A stretch of 40,267 nucleotides of DNA from Acidobacteriota bacterium (lineage in GTDB: Bacteria > Acidobacteriota > UBA6911 > RPQK01 > JADFOI01), in contig JAZFRU010000270.1 of NCBI GenBank assembly GCA_036445815.1, positions 1 to 40,267 on the forward strand, given 5' to 3'. The notes below the pieces were generated by a model that saw nothing but the letters and a program-made list of their open reading frames with translations, did no database searches and was not told the DNA's origin. This document shows, piece after piece, positions 8,777-18,272 of this stretch. Position numbers and translations under genes: made by a program. Every line of letters begins with the position of its first letter. Position 1 is the stretch's first letter.

Positions 8777-10837
8777 TCATCTATGATCGTCTTTCTCTCG
8801 AATAATTTCCGAGATATCTGCGATGCTCAAGAAGAGTCGAGAGATATCCTCCAGCAAACGCAAGCGGTTCTTGCGAAGGATTTCATCCTCCGTCATGACC
8901 AGGACCTTGTCGAAAAACGGATCTACCGTTTCTCTCAGGCCGGCAATTCTCCTGAGGGCAACATCATACTCTCCCTCATTGACACTGGTTTCGACTTCGG
9001 GCCGAATCTTCACAAAGGCATCAAACAGAGCATGCTCCTCCGGATCCTCCAGAACTCCCTGATCGACTTCAGGAAGGTCGACTGACTGTTTGGAAAGAAT
9101 ATTCTTGGTTCTTTTGTAAGCAATCGCCAATGCTTCAAAATCGGGAAGATCCTTGATTTTCGTCAATGCCTGGGCTCTTCTGTATGCATCAAAAACACCC
9201 TTGCTATCCACGGCCATGACTGCATTGAGAACATCATAGGGGACCTTTTTCTCTTGAAAAATGTGCCTAACTCGTCTCTCCAGAAACTCCACCAAGGAGT
9301 CGGTTATTTCCTGGCCTTCAAGCTCCTCGGAAAAAGATTCCTGGGCCCGCTCCACCAACCAGCGAAGGCTCCAATCCAGCTTCCGGTCAAACAAGACCTT
9401 GATCAATCCCTGGGCATTGCGGCGAAGGGCAAACGGATCACTCGAGCCGGTGGGAACGATCCCGATGGCGAAACAACCCACAATAGTATCCAACTTATCC
9501 GCCACCGACAACAGTGCTCCCAGGTGGGACTGCGGAGATTCGTCATCAAGGGAGACCGGCTGGTAGTGCTCGCCAATAGCCAGGCAAACTTCTTCGGGAT
9601 AACCTTCAGCTCGCGCGTAGAGTCCTCCCATCACACCCTGAAGTTCTGGGAATTCACGGACCATGTCGGTTATCAGATCGGTCTTACAAAGCAGAGCGGC
9701 AGTCTCCAGATGCTCTCCCTTTTCCAGATCCGTACAAAGCTTTCGGACACGTTCCGTCTTGGCGTGGTAACTGCCCAGTGCATCTTGAAACACCACGTGA
9801 TTGAGTTTCTCAACGCGGTCCTTCAACGTCTGTTGCCGGTCGTTTTTCCAGAAAAAAGCGGAATCGTCCAGGCGAGCCTTGAGCACCCTTTCATGCCCTT
9901 CGCGGATTTTCCCATCAGGATCGCCATGGGTATTCACCACGGTGAGGAAGTACGGTTGAATCTGGTCACTATCGTCGATCACCGAAAAGTATTTTTGATG
10001 GTGACGCATCACGGTGACCAGTACTTCCTGAGGGAGCTTCAAGAAATCCTGGTCGAAACCACCGCAGATAACGGCGGGAAATTCATTAAGATGAACGACC
10101 ATCTCGATCAAATCCGCATCCGGTAGAGCGTGAAACCCACCGGGAACCACCTTCCCGATCTCACTGGTGATCTTGGTTTTCCTCTCCTGTGGATCCACCA
10201 GAACATGGTTTTCCCGCAGCCTGTCCAGGTAGTGGTCCACATGCGGAACCGGTATCCTCGCATCTCCCAAAAACCGATGCCCCCGGGTTATGTTACTGGC
10301 CTGGATGCCCTCAAATTCAAAGGGTAGCGTTTCGTCATTCAAGAGTGCCAGATACCAGCGCAGGGGACGGATAAACCGGAACCGACTCTCTCTCCAATAC
10401 ATATTCTTGGGCCAGGAAATCGAATGCAGTAGGTCTGGAAGGATTCCCTGAAGAATCTCTGCCAACGGCTTACCCGGAATCGTTTTACGATAGGACACAT
10501 AGCTGCCTTTAGCCGTATCAGTGATCTGAATATCGGCAATTTCTACACCGCCCTTTCGCGCAAAACCCTCCAGAGCCCGGGTGGGGGTTTTATCTTGATC
10601 GTACGCAACGGCCTGGCTGGGACCCAGAACGACTTCTTCGCGCTCTGCCTGACTGTCCGGCAATCCTTCAATTAAAATGACCAATCGGCGAGGAGAGGTA
10701 AATCGATGAAGCGACTCGAAGCTGATCTGGCTTTCCTGAAGACGCCTTTCACAGCTATCGCACATCTGATCCAGAGCCCCGGGGATCATACTTGCCGGAA
10801 TCTCTTCCAAGCCCAGTTCAAACAGAAACTTGTTCAT
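8777..10837 (-). CDS. glyS: Glycine--tRNA ligase beta subunit
   Basis: 686 aa beginning [15 protein letters not shown], a characteristic GlyS N-terminus. It lies immediately downstream of glyQ and overlaps it by 20 nt. Confidence 0.9.
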   Translation of the reverse strand: MNKFLFELGLEEIPASMIPGALDQMCDSCERRLQESQISFESLHRFTSPRRLVILIEGLPDSQAEREEVVLGPSQAVAYDQDKTPTRALEGFARKGGVEIADIQITDTAKGSYVSYRKTIPGKPLAEILQGILPDLLHSISWPKNMYWRESRFRFIRPLRWYLALLNDETLPFEFEGIQASNITRGHRFLGDARIPVPHVDHYLDRLRENHVLVDPQERKTKITSEIGKVVPGGFHALPDADLIEMVVHLNEFPAVICGGFDQDFLKLPQEVLVTVMRHHQKYFSVIDDSDQIQPYFLTVVNTHGDPDGKIREGHERVLKARLDDSAFFWKNDRQQTLKDRVEKLNHVVFQDALGSYHAKTERVRKLCTDLEKGEHLETAALLCKTDLITDMVREFPELQGVMGGLYARAEGYPEEVCLAIGEHYQPVSLDDESPQSHLGALLSVADKLDTIVGCFAIGIVPTGSSDPFALRRNAQGLIKVLFDRKLDWSLRWLVERAQESFSEELEGQEITDSLVEFLERRVRHIFQEKKVPYDVLNAVMAVDSKGVFDAYRRAQALTKIKDLPDFEALAIAYKRTKNILSKQSVDLPEVDQGVLEDPEEHALFDAFVKIRPEVETSVNEGEYDVALRRIAGLRETVDPFFDKVLVMTEDEILRKNRLRLLEDISRLFLSIADISEIIREKDDHR

Positions 10838-11675
10838 ATTTTTCTACATACTGCTCGGCGATCTTCACCGCCAGCGCTCGAACACGAGCGATGATTCCCA
10901 CTCGTTGAGTCACACTGATCGCTCCCCGACTGTCCAACAGATTAAAGGTGTGGGAACACTTCAGGCAGTAATCATACGCCGGAAGCACACATTCTGCAGT
11001 CAGACATCGATAAGATTCTCCCTCGTAGAGATCGAACAGTTGAAACAGCAAATCGGTATCGGCAACTTCAAAATTGTATTTGGAAAACTCGTATTCCTCG
11101 CGTTTTTTCACCCCCCCATAGGTCAGCTCTTTGTTCCAGGAAAGATCAAATACACTGCTGGTGTCGGTGATGAAGGTGGCTATCCTTTCAAGACCATAAG
11201 TGATCTCCGCAGAAATCGGCATCAGCTCCAACCCACCGGTCTGCTGAAAATAGGTGAACTGTGTGATTTCCATTCCATCCAACAGAACCTGCCACCCAAT
11301 TCCCCAGGCGCCCAGTGTGGGAGCTTCCCAATTGTCTTCTTCAAAGCGCAAATCGTGCTTCTCCAGGGGAATGCCTATCTTGCGAAGGCTCTCCAGGTAC
11401 ACCTCCTGAACGTCATCCGGAGAAGGCTTCAAAATCACCTGGAGCTGATAGTGCCGATAGACCCGATTGGGATTCTCTCCGTAACGGCCGTCAGTGGGTC
11501 GGCGAGAAGGCTGCACGTATGCCACCTTGTAGGGCTGGGAACCCAGGACCCGGAAAAAGGTCTCGGGATGCATGGTTCCCGCACCTACCTCCACGTCGTA
11601 GGGCTGCTGGATGACACATCCGTAATCCATCCAGTATTCAAGTAAACTGTGAATGATCTCCTGAAAAGTTGTCAT
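10818..11675 (-). CDS. glyQ: Glycine--tRNA ligase alpha subunit
   Basis: 285 aa. [15 protein letters not shown]...[18 protein letters not shown] is the highly conserved GlyQ sequence. Confidence 0.92.
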   Translation of the reverse strand: MTTFQEIIHSLLEYWMDYGCVIQQPYDVEVGAGTMHPETFFRVLGSQPYKVAYVQPSRRPTDGRYGENPNRVYRHYQLQVILKPSPDDVQEVYLESLRKIGIPLEKHDLRFEEDNWEAPTLGAWGIGWQVLLDGMEITQFTYFQQTGGLELMPISAEITYGLERIATFITDTSSVFDLSWNKELTYGGVKKREEYEFSKYNFEVADTDLLFQLFDLYEGESYRCLTAECVLPAYDYCLKCSHTFNLLDSRGAISVTQRVGIIARVRALAVKIAEQYVEKYEQVSV

Positions 11676-11698
11676 TTCTTATTGGATCCCAGTGAGCC

Positions 11699-12343
11699 CT
11701 ACAGGAGCTCTCTGAGAAGCTTTCTCGTCTTCAATCGCTTTTCCAGGTGGTATTCTACCAACTCACTACAAAGACTTTCTAATCTTTTGCACTCCTGAGA
11801 AGAGAGTCCAACGGTCTCGAGCTCGGTAGCCTGGAGTTTCATCATTCCACCGACCTTGATTACCAACTCCGGGGGGAGCTTTGTCTCAAGAGGAGGCAGG
11901 ACGCCCTCCAGCTTCAAGATCCACAACTCAAAGTATCGAGCCAGAAGGTTAATCGGAATGTTCTGGCTTGCTTTTAACACGGCAATGCTGAGACGAAAAA
12001 GCAATTCGCTCTCTTCCTCCTCCTTTGAGAACTCCACCAGCAACTCGGCAAAGTAGCTGAAATGAAGACTCATTTCCCAGCTGAACTGGAAGGCCGGAAA
12101 TGCCTGGACGATCTCACAATTTTTGATGGTAACCAGTTCCCGATGTTCCTTGCGAGAAAAGGTGAGCCGTACATGGGTGAGTGGTTCTAAACTTCCACCG
12201 AAACGCCCCTTGGGCTTTTGAGCTCCATGGGCCACACCACGCACCTGTCCGAATGTCCTTGTCAGGAAGACTGCAATCTTGTGCGATTCCGAAAACGGAT
12301 AGGTCCGGAGAGTAAGGGCTTCGGACTGATGGACTCTCATCAC
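11699..12343 (-). CDS. recO: DNA repair protein RecO
   Basis: 214 aa. The pattern ALTLRTYPFSESHKIAVFLTR..G.VRGVAHGA.K.K.RFGGSLEPL is typical of the RecO OB-fold N-terminus. Its ATG overlaps the mgtE stop (ATGA). Confidence 0.8.
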   Translation of the reverse strand: MMRVHQSEALTLRTYPFSESHKIAVFLTRTFGQVRGVAHGAQKPKGRFGGSLEPLTHVRLTFSRKEHRELVTIKNCEIVQAFPAFQFSWEMSLHFSYFAELLVEFSKEEEESELLFRLSIAVLKASQNIPINLLARYFELWILKLEGVLPPLETKLPPELVIKVGGMMKLQATELETVGLSSQECKRLESLCSELVEYHLEKRLKTRKLLRELL

Positions 12344-13704
12344 GCCGGAAGGTAGCGCAGCAGGGCGGTCGCCAGTCCCAGGAACGACAGGAATCCAACT
12401 GCATCAGTAAATGTGGTGACAAAAATACCGGATGCGATGGCGGGATCCACATTGAACTTCTTTAAGATCAACGGGATCAACGTTCCGACAATTCCTGCCA
12501 CCACCACATTAATGGCCATGGACCCTCCCAGAACCAGGCCCAGCATATAGTTCCCCTTCCACAGGTACGCCACGGTACCGGCAATGATTCCCGTTGCGAC
12601 TCCGTTGTTGATCCCTACCAAGATCTCCTTCCACAGGATGGCTTTCCCACTCTCCCAGCTGACGTCTCCAAGCGCCAACCCCCGGACAATGACCGTCAAG
12701 GTCTGGGTCCCCGAATTACCGCCCATTCCAGCCACTACCGGCAGGAAGACGGCCAGAAAGGAAAATTTCGCGATGGTCGGTTCATACAGCGCCACCACGG
12801 TTGCAGCCAGCAGAGCCGTCACCAGATTCACCATCAACCAGGGGAGCCGTTTTCTCACCGAGAGCAGTGCTGAAGTGTGAATATGATCATCGGCTTCAAC
12901 ACCGGCAAGATAGAAGATGTCCTCGGTCGCTTCTTCCTGGATGACGTCAATGACGTCGTCGACGGTGATGGCCCCGACCAACTTATTGGTATCATCCACC
13001 ACCGGGATCGCCAGAAGATCGTAAAGAGCAACCTGATTCGCCACTTCTTCCTGATCCGTATCTGTTGTCACCGTAATAACGTCTGGAATCATCACCATCT
13101 TCAAAGAGGTGTTCGGGGCGACCATCAGAAGCTGCCGTAACGAAACCACACCCACCAGGTGATTTCGCTCATCAACGACGTACAGGTAGAACACCATTTC
13201 GAAATCCTGGGCGGTCTGAATGGTCTGAATGGCTTCACCAACACTGAGTTCTTCATAAAGAGAAAAGACATTGGGAGTCATGATTCTCCCAGCGGTTTCC
13301 TCATCATAGGCAAGAAGTTCCTGGACCTCACTGGACTCCTGAACGTCCATCTTTTCCAGAACCTCCTGGGCAACGACCTCCGGCAGTGCCGAGATGAAGG
13401 ACGCTGCAGCATCGGACTCCATCTCCTGGATCACCTCACTGATCTCATCACTCGGTCGCTGCAGAAGAAGGTCCAGACCCCACTCCACACCCAGCGTTTT
13501 CAAGGTTTCAGAGGCCAGTTGACGATCACGCTCCATCAGAATTGAAAAGACGGAAAGCTGCTCTCGGTCGTTCATTTCGAGCATGATGCTGGAGATGTCC
13601 GCGGCACGCAGTTTTGCCAGAAGATTAGTGATGTGACTGTAGGCGTTCCTTCGGAGCAGTCTCTGCACCGAACTCGCCATGACATTGACTCTTTGGGGCC
13701 TCAT
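12340..13704 (-). CDS. mgtE: Magnesium transporter MgtE
   Basis: 454 aa with an N-domain, tandem CBS domains and five C-terminal TM helices (GMGGNSGTQT motif). The start could instead be Met9 (13680). Confidence 0.88.
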   Translation of the reverse strand: MRPQRVNVMASSVQRLLRRNAYSHITNLLAKLRAADISSIMLEMNDREQLSVFSILMERDRQLASETLKTLGVEWGLDLLLQRPSDEISEVIQEMESDAAASFISALPEVVAQEVLEKMDVQESSEVQELLAYDEETAGRIMTPNVFSLYEELSVGEAIQTIQTAQDFEMVFYLYVVDERNHLVGVVSLRQLLMVAPNTSLKMVMIPDVITVTTDTDQEEVANQVALYDLLAIPVVDDTNKLVGAITVDDVIDVIQEEATEDIFYLAGVEADDHIHTSALLSVRKRLPWLMVNLVTALLAATVVALYEPTIAKFSFLAVFLPVVAGMGGNSGTQTLTVIVRGLALGDVSWESGKAILWKEILVGINNGVATGIIAGTVAYLWKGNYMLGLVLGGSMAINVVVAGIVGTLIPLILKKFNVDPAIASGIFVTTFTDAVGFLSFLGLATALLRYLPA

Positions 13705-13965
13705 AATTCAACCGCCAACTCTAACCCTCATCACGCATCCCTGCTCTCCTGCAGCGCACTCACCGTTAATCTGAACGGAACGAACCATCATTCGTCCTGC
13801 CCGGGTTGCATTCGGCCGCTCTCCCCAGCCTAGCATACAACATAGGGCGCCTCTCCTCGTGCGTCTTACCCGAGGTACGGCCTGGCGCACATCCAGGATT
13901 GCTACAGGAAATGCTGGTCTCTCCCCGTCTGGAGTCCGGTCGAAGATTCAAGGGGACAGTTGGAT

Positions 13966-14814
13966 CTAGTCGGTATTGAGCTCTTCGGTTGAGAGCCCTT
14001 CTGGTCGCAGATGGAACTTTACGAACTGGTGAGCCCGAGACACCAATCCGGTACATAGATAAACTCCTGCCAGGGCCATCAGGACCGGTTGTGAGTAGAA
14101 GATGACACCGGCTACAAGCAAGGCTAGTAGCAGCACATTCAGGTGAGACTTCCCTCTTCCCAGATTGACCCGCTTTAAAGACGGATAACGAACGGTGCTG
14201 ATCATCAAAAACGACAGTAGATACGTCACGACGGCAAAAAGAATGATGAACAGCTGTCCTTCCGGGCGGGTTCCAAACAAATGAACGGTAGCCGCCACAA
14301 ATCCGGCTGCTGCAGGAATAGGAAGCCCTGCAAAATGTTTCAAATCCTTGAGCTGGATATTGAAGCGGGCAAGACGGGTAGCACCGCACATGAGAAAGAA
14401 GAAGGCCGAAAAACTAGCGAATTTACCCAGGCCTTCAAGGCCCCAGGAATAGATGAGGAGTGCAGGCGCGATGCCAAAGCTGATCACGTCAGCCAGAGAA
14501 TCCAGCTGGGAACCAAAGTCGGTCGCCACGTTGGCAAGTCGAGCGACATAACCGTCCGTGAAGTCCAAAACGACGGCAATTCCGATGGCGATCGCCGCAC
14601 TCCCGTAATGACCGTTAAAGGTTGCGGTCACCGCAAAGAATCCGGCGAAAATATTTCCCACGGTAAAGGCACTGGGCAGCCAGTAGGCGCTCCGGTGCAG
14701 TCTGTTAGACTGATTAGACTTTTCTCCGGCAGCCTGTCGTCTTCTTTTCAAATCAAGATTCCCTGGTCCAGTGGGCCAGAACGGTGCTTCCACCGTAGAC
14801 TCGCTCGCCTTCAC
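13966..14814 (-). CDS. pssA: CDP-diacylglycerol--serine O-phosphatidyltransferase
   Basis: The CDP-alcohol phosphatidyltransferase motif DFTDGYVARL(x8)G(x3)DSLAD is present, and the protein is multi-TM. The longest ORF starts at GTG 14814 and overlaps psd by 62 nt. A TTG at 14751, 2 nt after the psd stop, is an equally plausible start. Confidence 0.85.
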   Translation of the reverse strand: MKASESTVEAPFWPTGPGNLDLKRRRQAAGEKSNQSNRLHRSAYWLPSAFTVGNIFAGFFAVTATFNGHYGSAAIAIGIAVVLDFTDGYVARLANVATDFGSQLDSLADVISFGIAPALLIYSWGLEGLGKFASFSAFFFLMCGATRLARFNIQLKDLKHFAGLPIPAAAGFVAATVHLFGTRPEGQLFIILFAVVTYLLSFLMISTVRYPSLKRVNLGRGKSHLNVLLLALLVAGVIFYSQPVLMALAGVYLCTGLVSRAHQFVKFHLRPEGLSTEELNTD

Positions 14815-15358
14815 TGACAGCGATCTCGCATTCAGGGGGAAACACGATGTCTACCCGGCTCCCAAACCGAATTAGCCCTATTCTATCACCTTTCTTGACC
14901 TGAGCTCCTTCATTCTTCCACACCACGATACGGCGGGCGACCAGACCGGCGATCAACGAAAATGTCAGGCTTCTCTCGCCCTCAATGGTCATCGTGACCT
15001 TCTCATTTTCAACCGACGCGCGCTCATCAAAGGCCAGTCTGAATTTCCCAGGTTGGTAGTCTTTTCTGACGATCGTGCCCGCTATCGGTGCCCGGTTCAC
15101 ATGCACATCAAAGATGGACAGGAAAATGCTCAGATTGCACTGCCCCCCCTGGCGTTCCACCCGGATCACCTTTCCATCCGCAGGGCTTACAACGGCATTA
15201 GGGTCGTCAGGAATGGACCGTTCCGGATTTCTGAAAAAATAGATGACGAAGGCGGAGAGAATGAAAAAGACAACGGCCAACCACAGAAACTCACCCCATG
15301 TGGTCAGGACCGTCAAAAAGAGGAGCGGAATCAAGAAAGGGAAAGCCTCTCTGGTCAT
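14753..15358 (-). CDS. psd: Phosphatidylserine decarboxylase proenzyme (short type)
   Basis: 201 aa with an N-terminal TM segment. The C-terminal FGSRVD fits the GS self-cleavage site of short-form Psd. The gene is adjacent to pssA. Confidence 0.85.
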   Translation of the reverse strand: MTREAFPFLIPLLFLTVLTTWGEFLWLAVVFFILSAFVIYFFRNPERSIPDDPNAVVSPADGKVIRVERQGGQCNLSIFLSIFDVHVNRAPIAGTIVRKDYQPGKFRLAFDERASVENEKVTMTIEGERSLTFSLIAGLVARRIVVWKNEGAQVKKGDRIGLIRFGSRVDIVFPPECEIAVSEGERVYGGSTVLAHWTRES

Positions 15359-15482
15359 GGTAGCAATAAAAAAGTCTGCACGTCACGAGGCACACCACCT
15401 CCATGCGGGTCTGAAGTGCTCCTCATCAATGGCCGTGGAAATCCGGGTCTCGAACCGCTAACTCGGTGCGTGATTCGCGGGA

Positions 15483-15713
15483 CTAGTGAACGGTTTGTTC
15501 ACTCTGGCAACGGTTGATCAGAGCCTGCATATGATCCTTGAGAGCCAATTTTTTCTTCTTGAGAACGGTTTCCTCAACCTGTTCTTCGTGACTGAGATAC
15601 GATTTCTCCTGCAATTCTTTGAGGTCTGATTCATAGCCCTGGTGCTGATCGACCAGCTGACGAAATTGCTGGTCGTTCTCGACCAGGTATGCCTTGGCGT
15701 CGAGCTCTTTCAT
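15483..15713 (-). CDS. DUF465 (YdcH-like) family small protein
   Basis: 76 aa and coiled-coil-like. ...FRQLVDQHQGYESDLKEL...LKKKKLALKDHM matches the remembered DUF465 pattern. GGGAGG lies upstream of the ATG. Confidence 0.6.
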   Translation of the reverse strand: MKELDAKAYLVENDQQFRQLVDQHQGYESDLKELQEKSYLSHEEQVEETVLKKKKLALKDHMQALINRCQSEQTVH

Positions 15714-15873
15714 ATCTCCACTGTCCTCCCTGTCGATTTTGATTGTGAGTGAAAGTTATGGATGGGTGGCGCAATGAGCATCCTAATAGGAGCAAATTTA
15801 GCACATTCAACAGCCCCGATCAAGGTCACTTTTTTACCCCTTTTTACCCATTTCTGTTGCCGGAAGGCAGGGA

Positions 15874-16263
15874 GCGACCTCGCTCCGCTCGGTCGCGTTC
15901 CAGGTTCCACGTTCCACGTTCTACGGAAGAAGAGAAGAGCCGCTCAAGCCTGTCTTTCTCTCACCAGGTCGTCGCGAAGCGGTGCCGCCTTCATCTGAGC
16001 GAAGCGAAGAAAGGACCGGCCTGACAAGGCGCATGAGAGGAGGCCCCCGGAAGCGTACTGTACGGTACGCTGAGGAGGCGAACGAATGCAACACAGTCAG
16101 GCCGAATCATGGCGCCGATGCAGTAGAGCGGGTGTGAGATAGGCAGGCTAAAGAGCGGCTTTCTGAACTCGCGTACTGACGCCCTTCCGCAGTCCTGACC
16201 CACGTGAAACGTTAAACGTGAAACTTGAAACGCGCTGGTCGAAGACCAGCGCCCGGTCAGGGG
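15874..16263. repeat. Composite heptamer-array element, copy A (with a nested 207-nt module)
   Basis: The parts, in order: hairpin GCGACC-N11-GGTCGC (15874-15896); heptamers GTTCCAG GTTCCAC GTTCCAC GTTCTAC (15897-15924); split hairpin arms AGCCGCTC (15938-15945) and GAGCGGCT (16153-16160) separated by 207 nt; inverted heptamers GTGAAAC GTTAAAC GTGAAAC TTGAAAC (16204-16231); palindrome GCGCTGGTC-GAA-GACCAGCGC (16232-16252); and CCGGTCAGGGG (16253-16263), ending 3 nt before the ddl stop. Confidence 0.85.
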
Positions 16264-16266
16264 TTC

Positions 16267-17343
16267 TCATCGATCGACTGAGAAACGGCTTCGCCTCTGG
16301 TGTCTTTCCAGTCCCAGTTGGATCAAGGTGTCCAGTAGATCCGAGTACTGGAGCCCGGATGCTTCCCACAGCTTGGGATACATGCTGAACTCGGTAAATC
16401 CGGGTATGGTGTTGGGTTCGCTGATCCAGAACTGACCGGTCCCACGGTCCATCAGAAAGTCGATGCGTGCCATCCCCTCCAACTGTAACGCTCTGAAAGT
16501 CCTCACAGCCAGGTCCTGTACCTGCTCCATCTCCTCCTGGCTGAGAGGAGCTGGAATGAGCAACTGGCTTGCCTCATTCAGATACTTGGCCTCATAGGAA
16601 TAAAACTCCCCGGAAGGGATGATTTCACCTGCTACGGACACCCTTGGCTCACTGTTCCCGAGGACAGAGACTTCAATCTCACGCGCATCGATCCCCTGCT
16701 CGACAACCAGTTGATCATCGTAGCGAAAAGCGGTGTCGATGTGTTCGAGCAGTTCCTTGTCACTGGCACTCTTGTTGACACCAATTGACGAACCCAGATT
16801 GGCTGGTTTAACAAAGATCGGATAAGACAACGCCTCGGCAACACGCTGCAAGCAATCCTCCTGATCGTTGTTCCACTCCTGTCGAATGAGTGAGAGAAAA
16901 GACAGAACCGGCAACTCATCCTGCTGCAAAAGTTTTTTGCTGTAGAGTTTGTTCATGCCAACGGCCGAACCCCAGACTCCTGCCCCCACGTAGGGAATAT
17001 TCAGAACCTCGAGGGCCCCCTGAACGGTGCCGTCCTCTCCGAAAGGGCCGTGCAGCACGGGAAACACCACGTCGGCGACAGGCGTCAAGGAAGTCAAGGT
17101 CGATACCCAGTGTTTGCCTTCCGGAAAACTAATCTCCCGGGAGACTTCCAGATTGAGTTCCTGTCGGGTCGTTTCTGGAGCATACAACGCCCCGTCTTTT
17201 CGAATCCCGAGAGCGGAAACCTGATATTTCGCTCGATCCAGATGGCGTAACACGGCTGCGGCTGACTGAAAGGAAACCTCATGCTCGGCCGATTTTCCTC
17301 CGCAAAGGAGCACCAGATGCTTTCGGACAACGCTATCGTTCAC
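16267..17343 (-). CDS. ddl: D-alanine--D-alanine ligase
   Basis: 358 aa. The N-terminus LVLLCGGKSAEHEVS and the ATP-grasp layout fit Ddl. The GTG start overlaps the arginase stop (GTGA). Confidence 0.88.
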   Translation of the reverse strand: MNDSVVRKHLVLLCGGKSAEHEVSFQSAAAVLRHLDRAKYQVSALGIRKDGALYAPETTRQELNLEVSREISFPEGKHWVSTLTSLTPVADVVFPVLHGPFGEDGTVQGALEVLNIPYVGAGVWGSAVGMNKLYSKKLLQQDELPVLSFLSLIRQEWNNDQEDCLQRVAEALSYPIFVKPANLGSSIGVNKSASDKELLEHIDTAFRYDDQLVVEQGIDAREIEVSVLGNSEPRVSVAGEIIPSGEFYSYEAKYLNEASQLLIPAPLSQEEMEQVQDLAVRTFRALQLEGMARIDFLMDRGTGQFWISEPNTIPGFTEFSMYPKLWEASGLQYSDLLDTLIQLGLERHQRRSRFSVDR

Positions 17344-18272
17344 AATATCTCCTTTCCCAGAGCGGAACAGATGAGTTCTACCGCCAGTGAACCGGTGGCA
17401 TTCTCGGTATCCAGGACAGGATTGACTTCTACGCAGTCCAGGGCCAGCAGTTTGCCGCTGTCGGCCAAGATCTCCATGGCCAGATGACTTTCCCGATAAG
17501 TGATGCCGCCGCGCACAGGAGTGCCCACTCCGGGTGCCACCTGAGGATCCACGACATCCAGATCAAGGCTGCAGTGAAAGCCTTCGGTCCCATCACAGGC
17601 TCGTTCCAATGCTTCCTCCATGACGGATGTCATCCCTCTCATGTCCACTTCCTTCATGGTGATCACTCTCAACCCGGCCTTTTCGATATTGATCTTTTCT
17701 CGAAGGTCAATGCTGCGAGCCCCAATGACCACGGTGTTTTCAGAATTCACTTTGGGAGAAAAATCGGCGATGTCACGCAGTTCCCTGGGGCCCAGGCCCA
17801 TCAAAGCGGCCAGCGGCATGCCATGAACATTCCCCGACGGACTGGTTTCCGGAACGTTCATATCTGCATGGGCATCGACCCAGATCAGGCCGATTTTCTT
17901 GTTTTGATTTCTGAAATAAGCAGAAGTTCCTGCAATACTTCCAGCCGCCAGAGAATGGTCTCCCCCCAGGGTTAGTGGAAACTTTTCCTGCTCCAACGTC
18001 TCCGCCACGAGATTCGATAAAGTCCTGCAGATACGGGCGATCTCATTCAGGAAGACTTGTTTTTGTTCTCCCCGGTCGGCGGCTTCCGGGATCATGACCT
18101 CGACGTTGCCCCCATCCTCCACCCCGGCGTTCATTCTCACCAATGCGCCGTGGATTCCACCGATCCGTATGGCGGAAGGCCCCATGTCCACACCCCGGCG
18201 GCCGGCTCCCAAATCCATGGGTACACCGATAATCCGAACGGCTTTTCCAGTACCGCGGTTAGGCGCCCGCAT
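17340..18272 (-). CDS. rocF: Arginase (ureohydrolase family)
   Basis: 310 aa. IIGVPMDLGAGRRGVDMGPSAIR, GGDHS, DAHADMN and SLDLDVVDP are the Mn-binding ureohydrolase motifs. The N-terminal motif resembles arginase more than agmatinase. Confidence 0.8.
   Translation of the reverse strand: MRAPNRGTGKAVRIIGVPMDLGAGRRGVDMGPSAIRIGGIHGALVRMNAGVEDGGNVEVMIPEAADRGEQKQVFLNEIARICRTLSNLVAETLEQEKFPLTLGGDHSLAAGSIAGTSAYFRNQNKKIGLIWVDAHADMNVPETSPSGNVHGMPLAALMGLGPRELRDIADFSPKVNSENTVVIGARSIDLREKINIEKAGLRVITMKEVDMRGMTSVMEEALERACDGTEGFHCSLDLDVVDPQVAPGVGTPVRGGITYRESHLAMEILADSGKLLALDCVEVNPVLDTENATGSLAVELICSALGKEIL

Noticed and set aside
13705-13965. Fragments reminiscent of RNase P RNA (AACCCGGGCAGG, GAATGATGG), SRP RNA (GTCCGGTCGAAG) or a TPP riboswitch hairpin occur in the mgtE leader.
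   Set aside because: The region is far too short for RNase P. The SRP domain IV consensus (GGAA tetraloop with AGCA loops) is absent, as is the TPP CUGAGA box. Only the generic structured-leader observation is kept, as a finding.
14753-14814. A 62-nt overlap between psd and the longest pssA ORF could suggest an unusual overlapping-gene arrangement.
   Set aside because: It is more simply explained by a downstream pssA start, either GTG 14793 or TTG 14751 just after the psd stop. The N-terminal 20-odd residues show no PssA-like features.
15430-15482. A tRNA-like T-arm string (GGTTCGAGACC on the minus strand) lies in the psd-DUF465 spacer.
   Set aside because: The flanking bases do not form a T-stem, and no acceptor or anticodon arms can be drawn. 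The spacer is too short and too poorly paired for a tRNA.
15897-15924. Tandem repeats here and at 16204-16231, 22829-22863, 25254-25281, 25428-25455, 31040-31067, 31182-31202, 38219-38246 and 38314-38341 might be taken for a CRISPR array.
   Set aside because: The unit is only 7 nt and the units are contiguous, with no spacers. Each array has 3-5 units and occurs as inverted pairs. No cas genes are present.
15991-16203. A 70-aa ORF lies inside repeat copy A. Similar ORFs run through other copies (25302-25529, 25348-25686, 30678-31130, 30854-31060, 15749-16024, 18057-18341).
   Set aside because: They translate heptamer arrays and palindromes, overlap real gene ends, and are not in a conserved frame between copies. 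The only frame with a coding-like pattern is the 53-codon ORF, reported separately.
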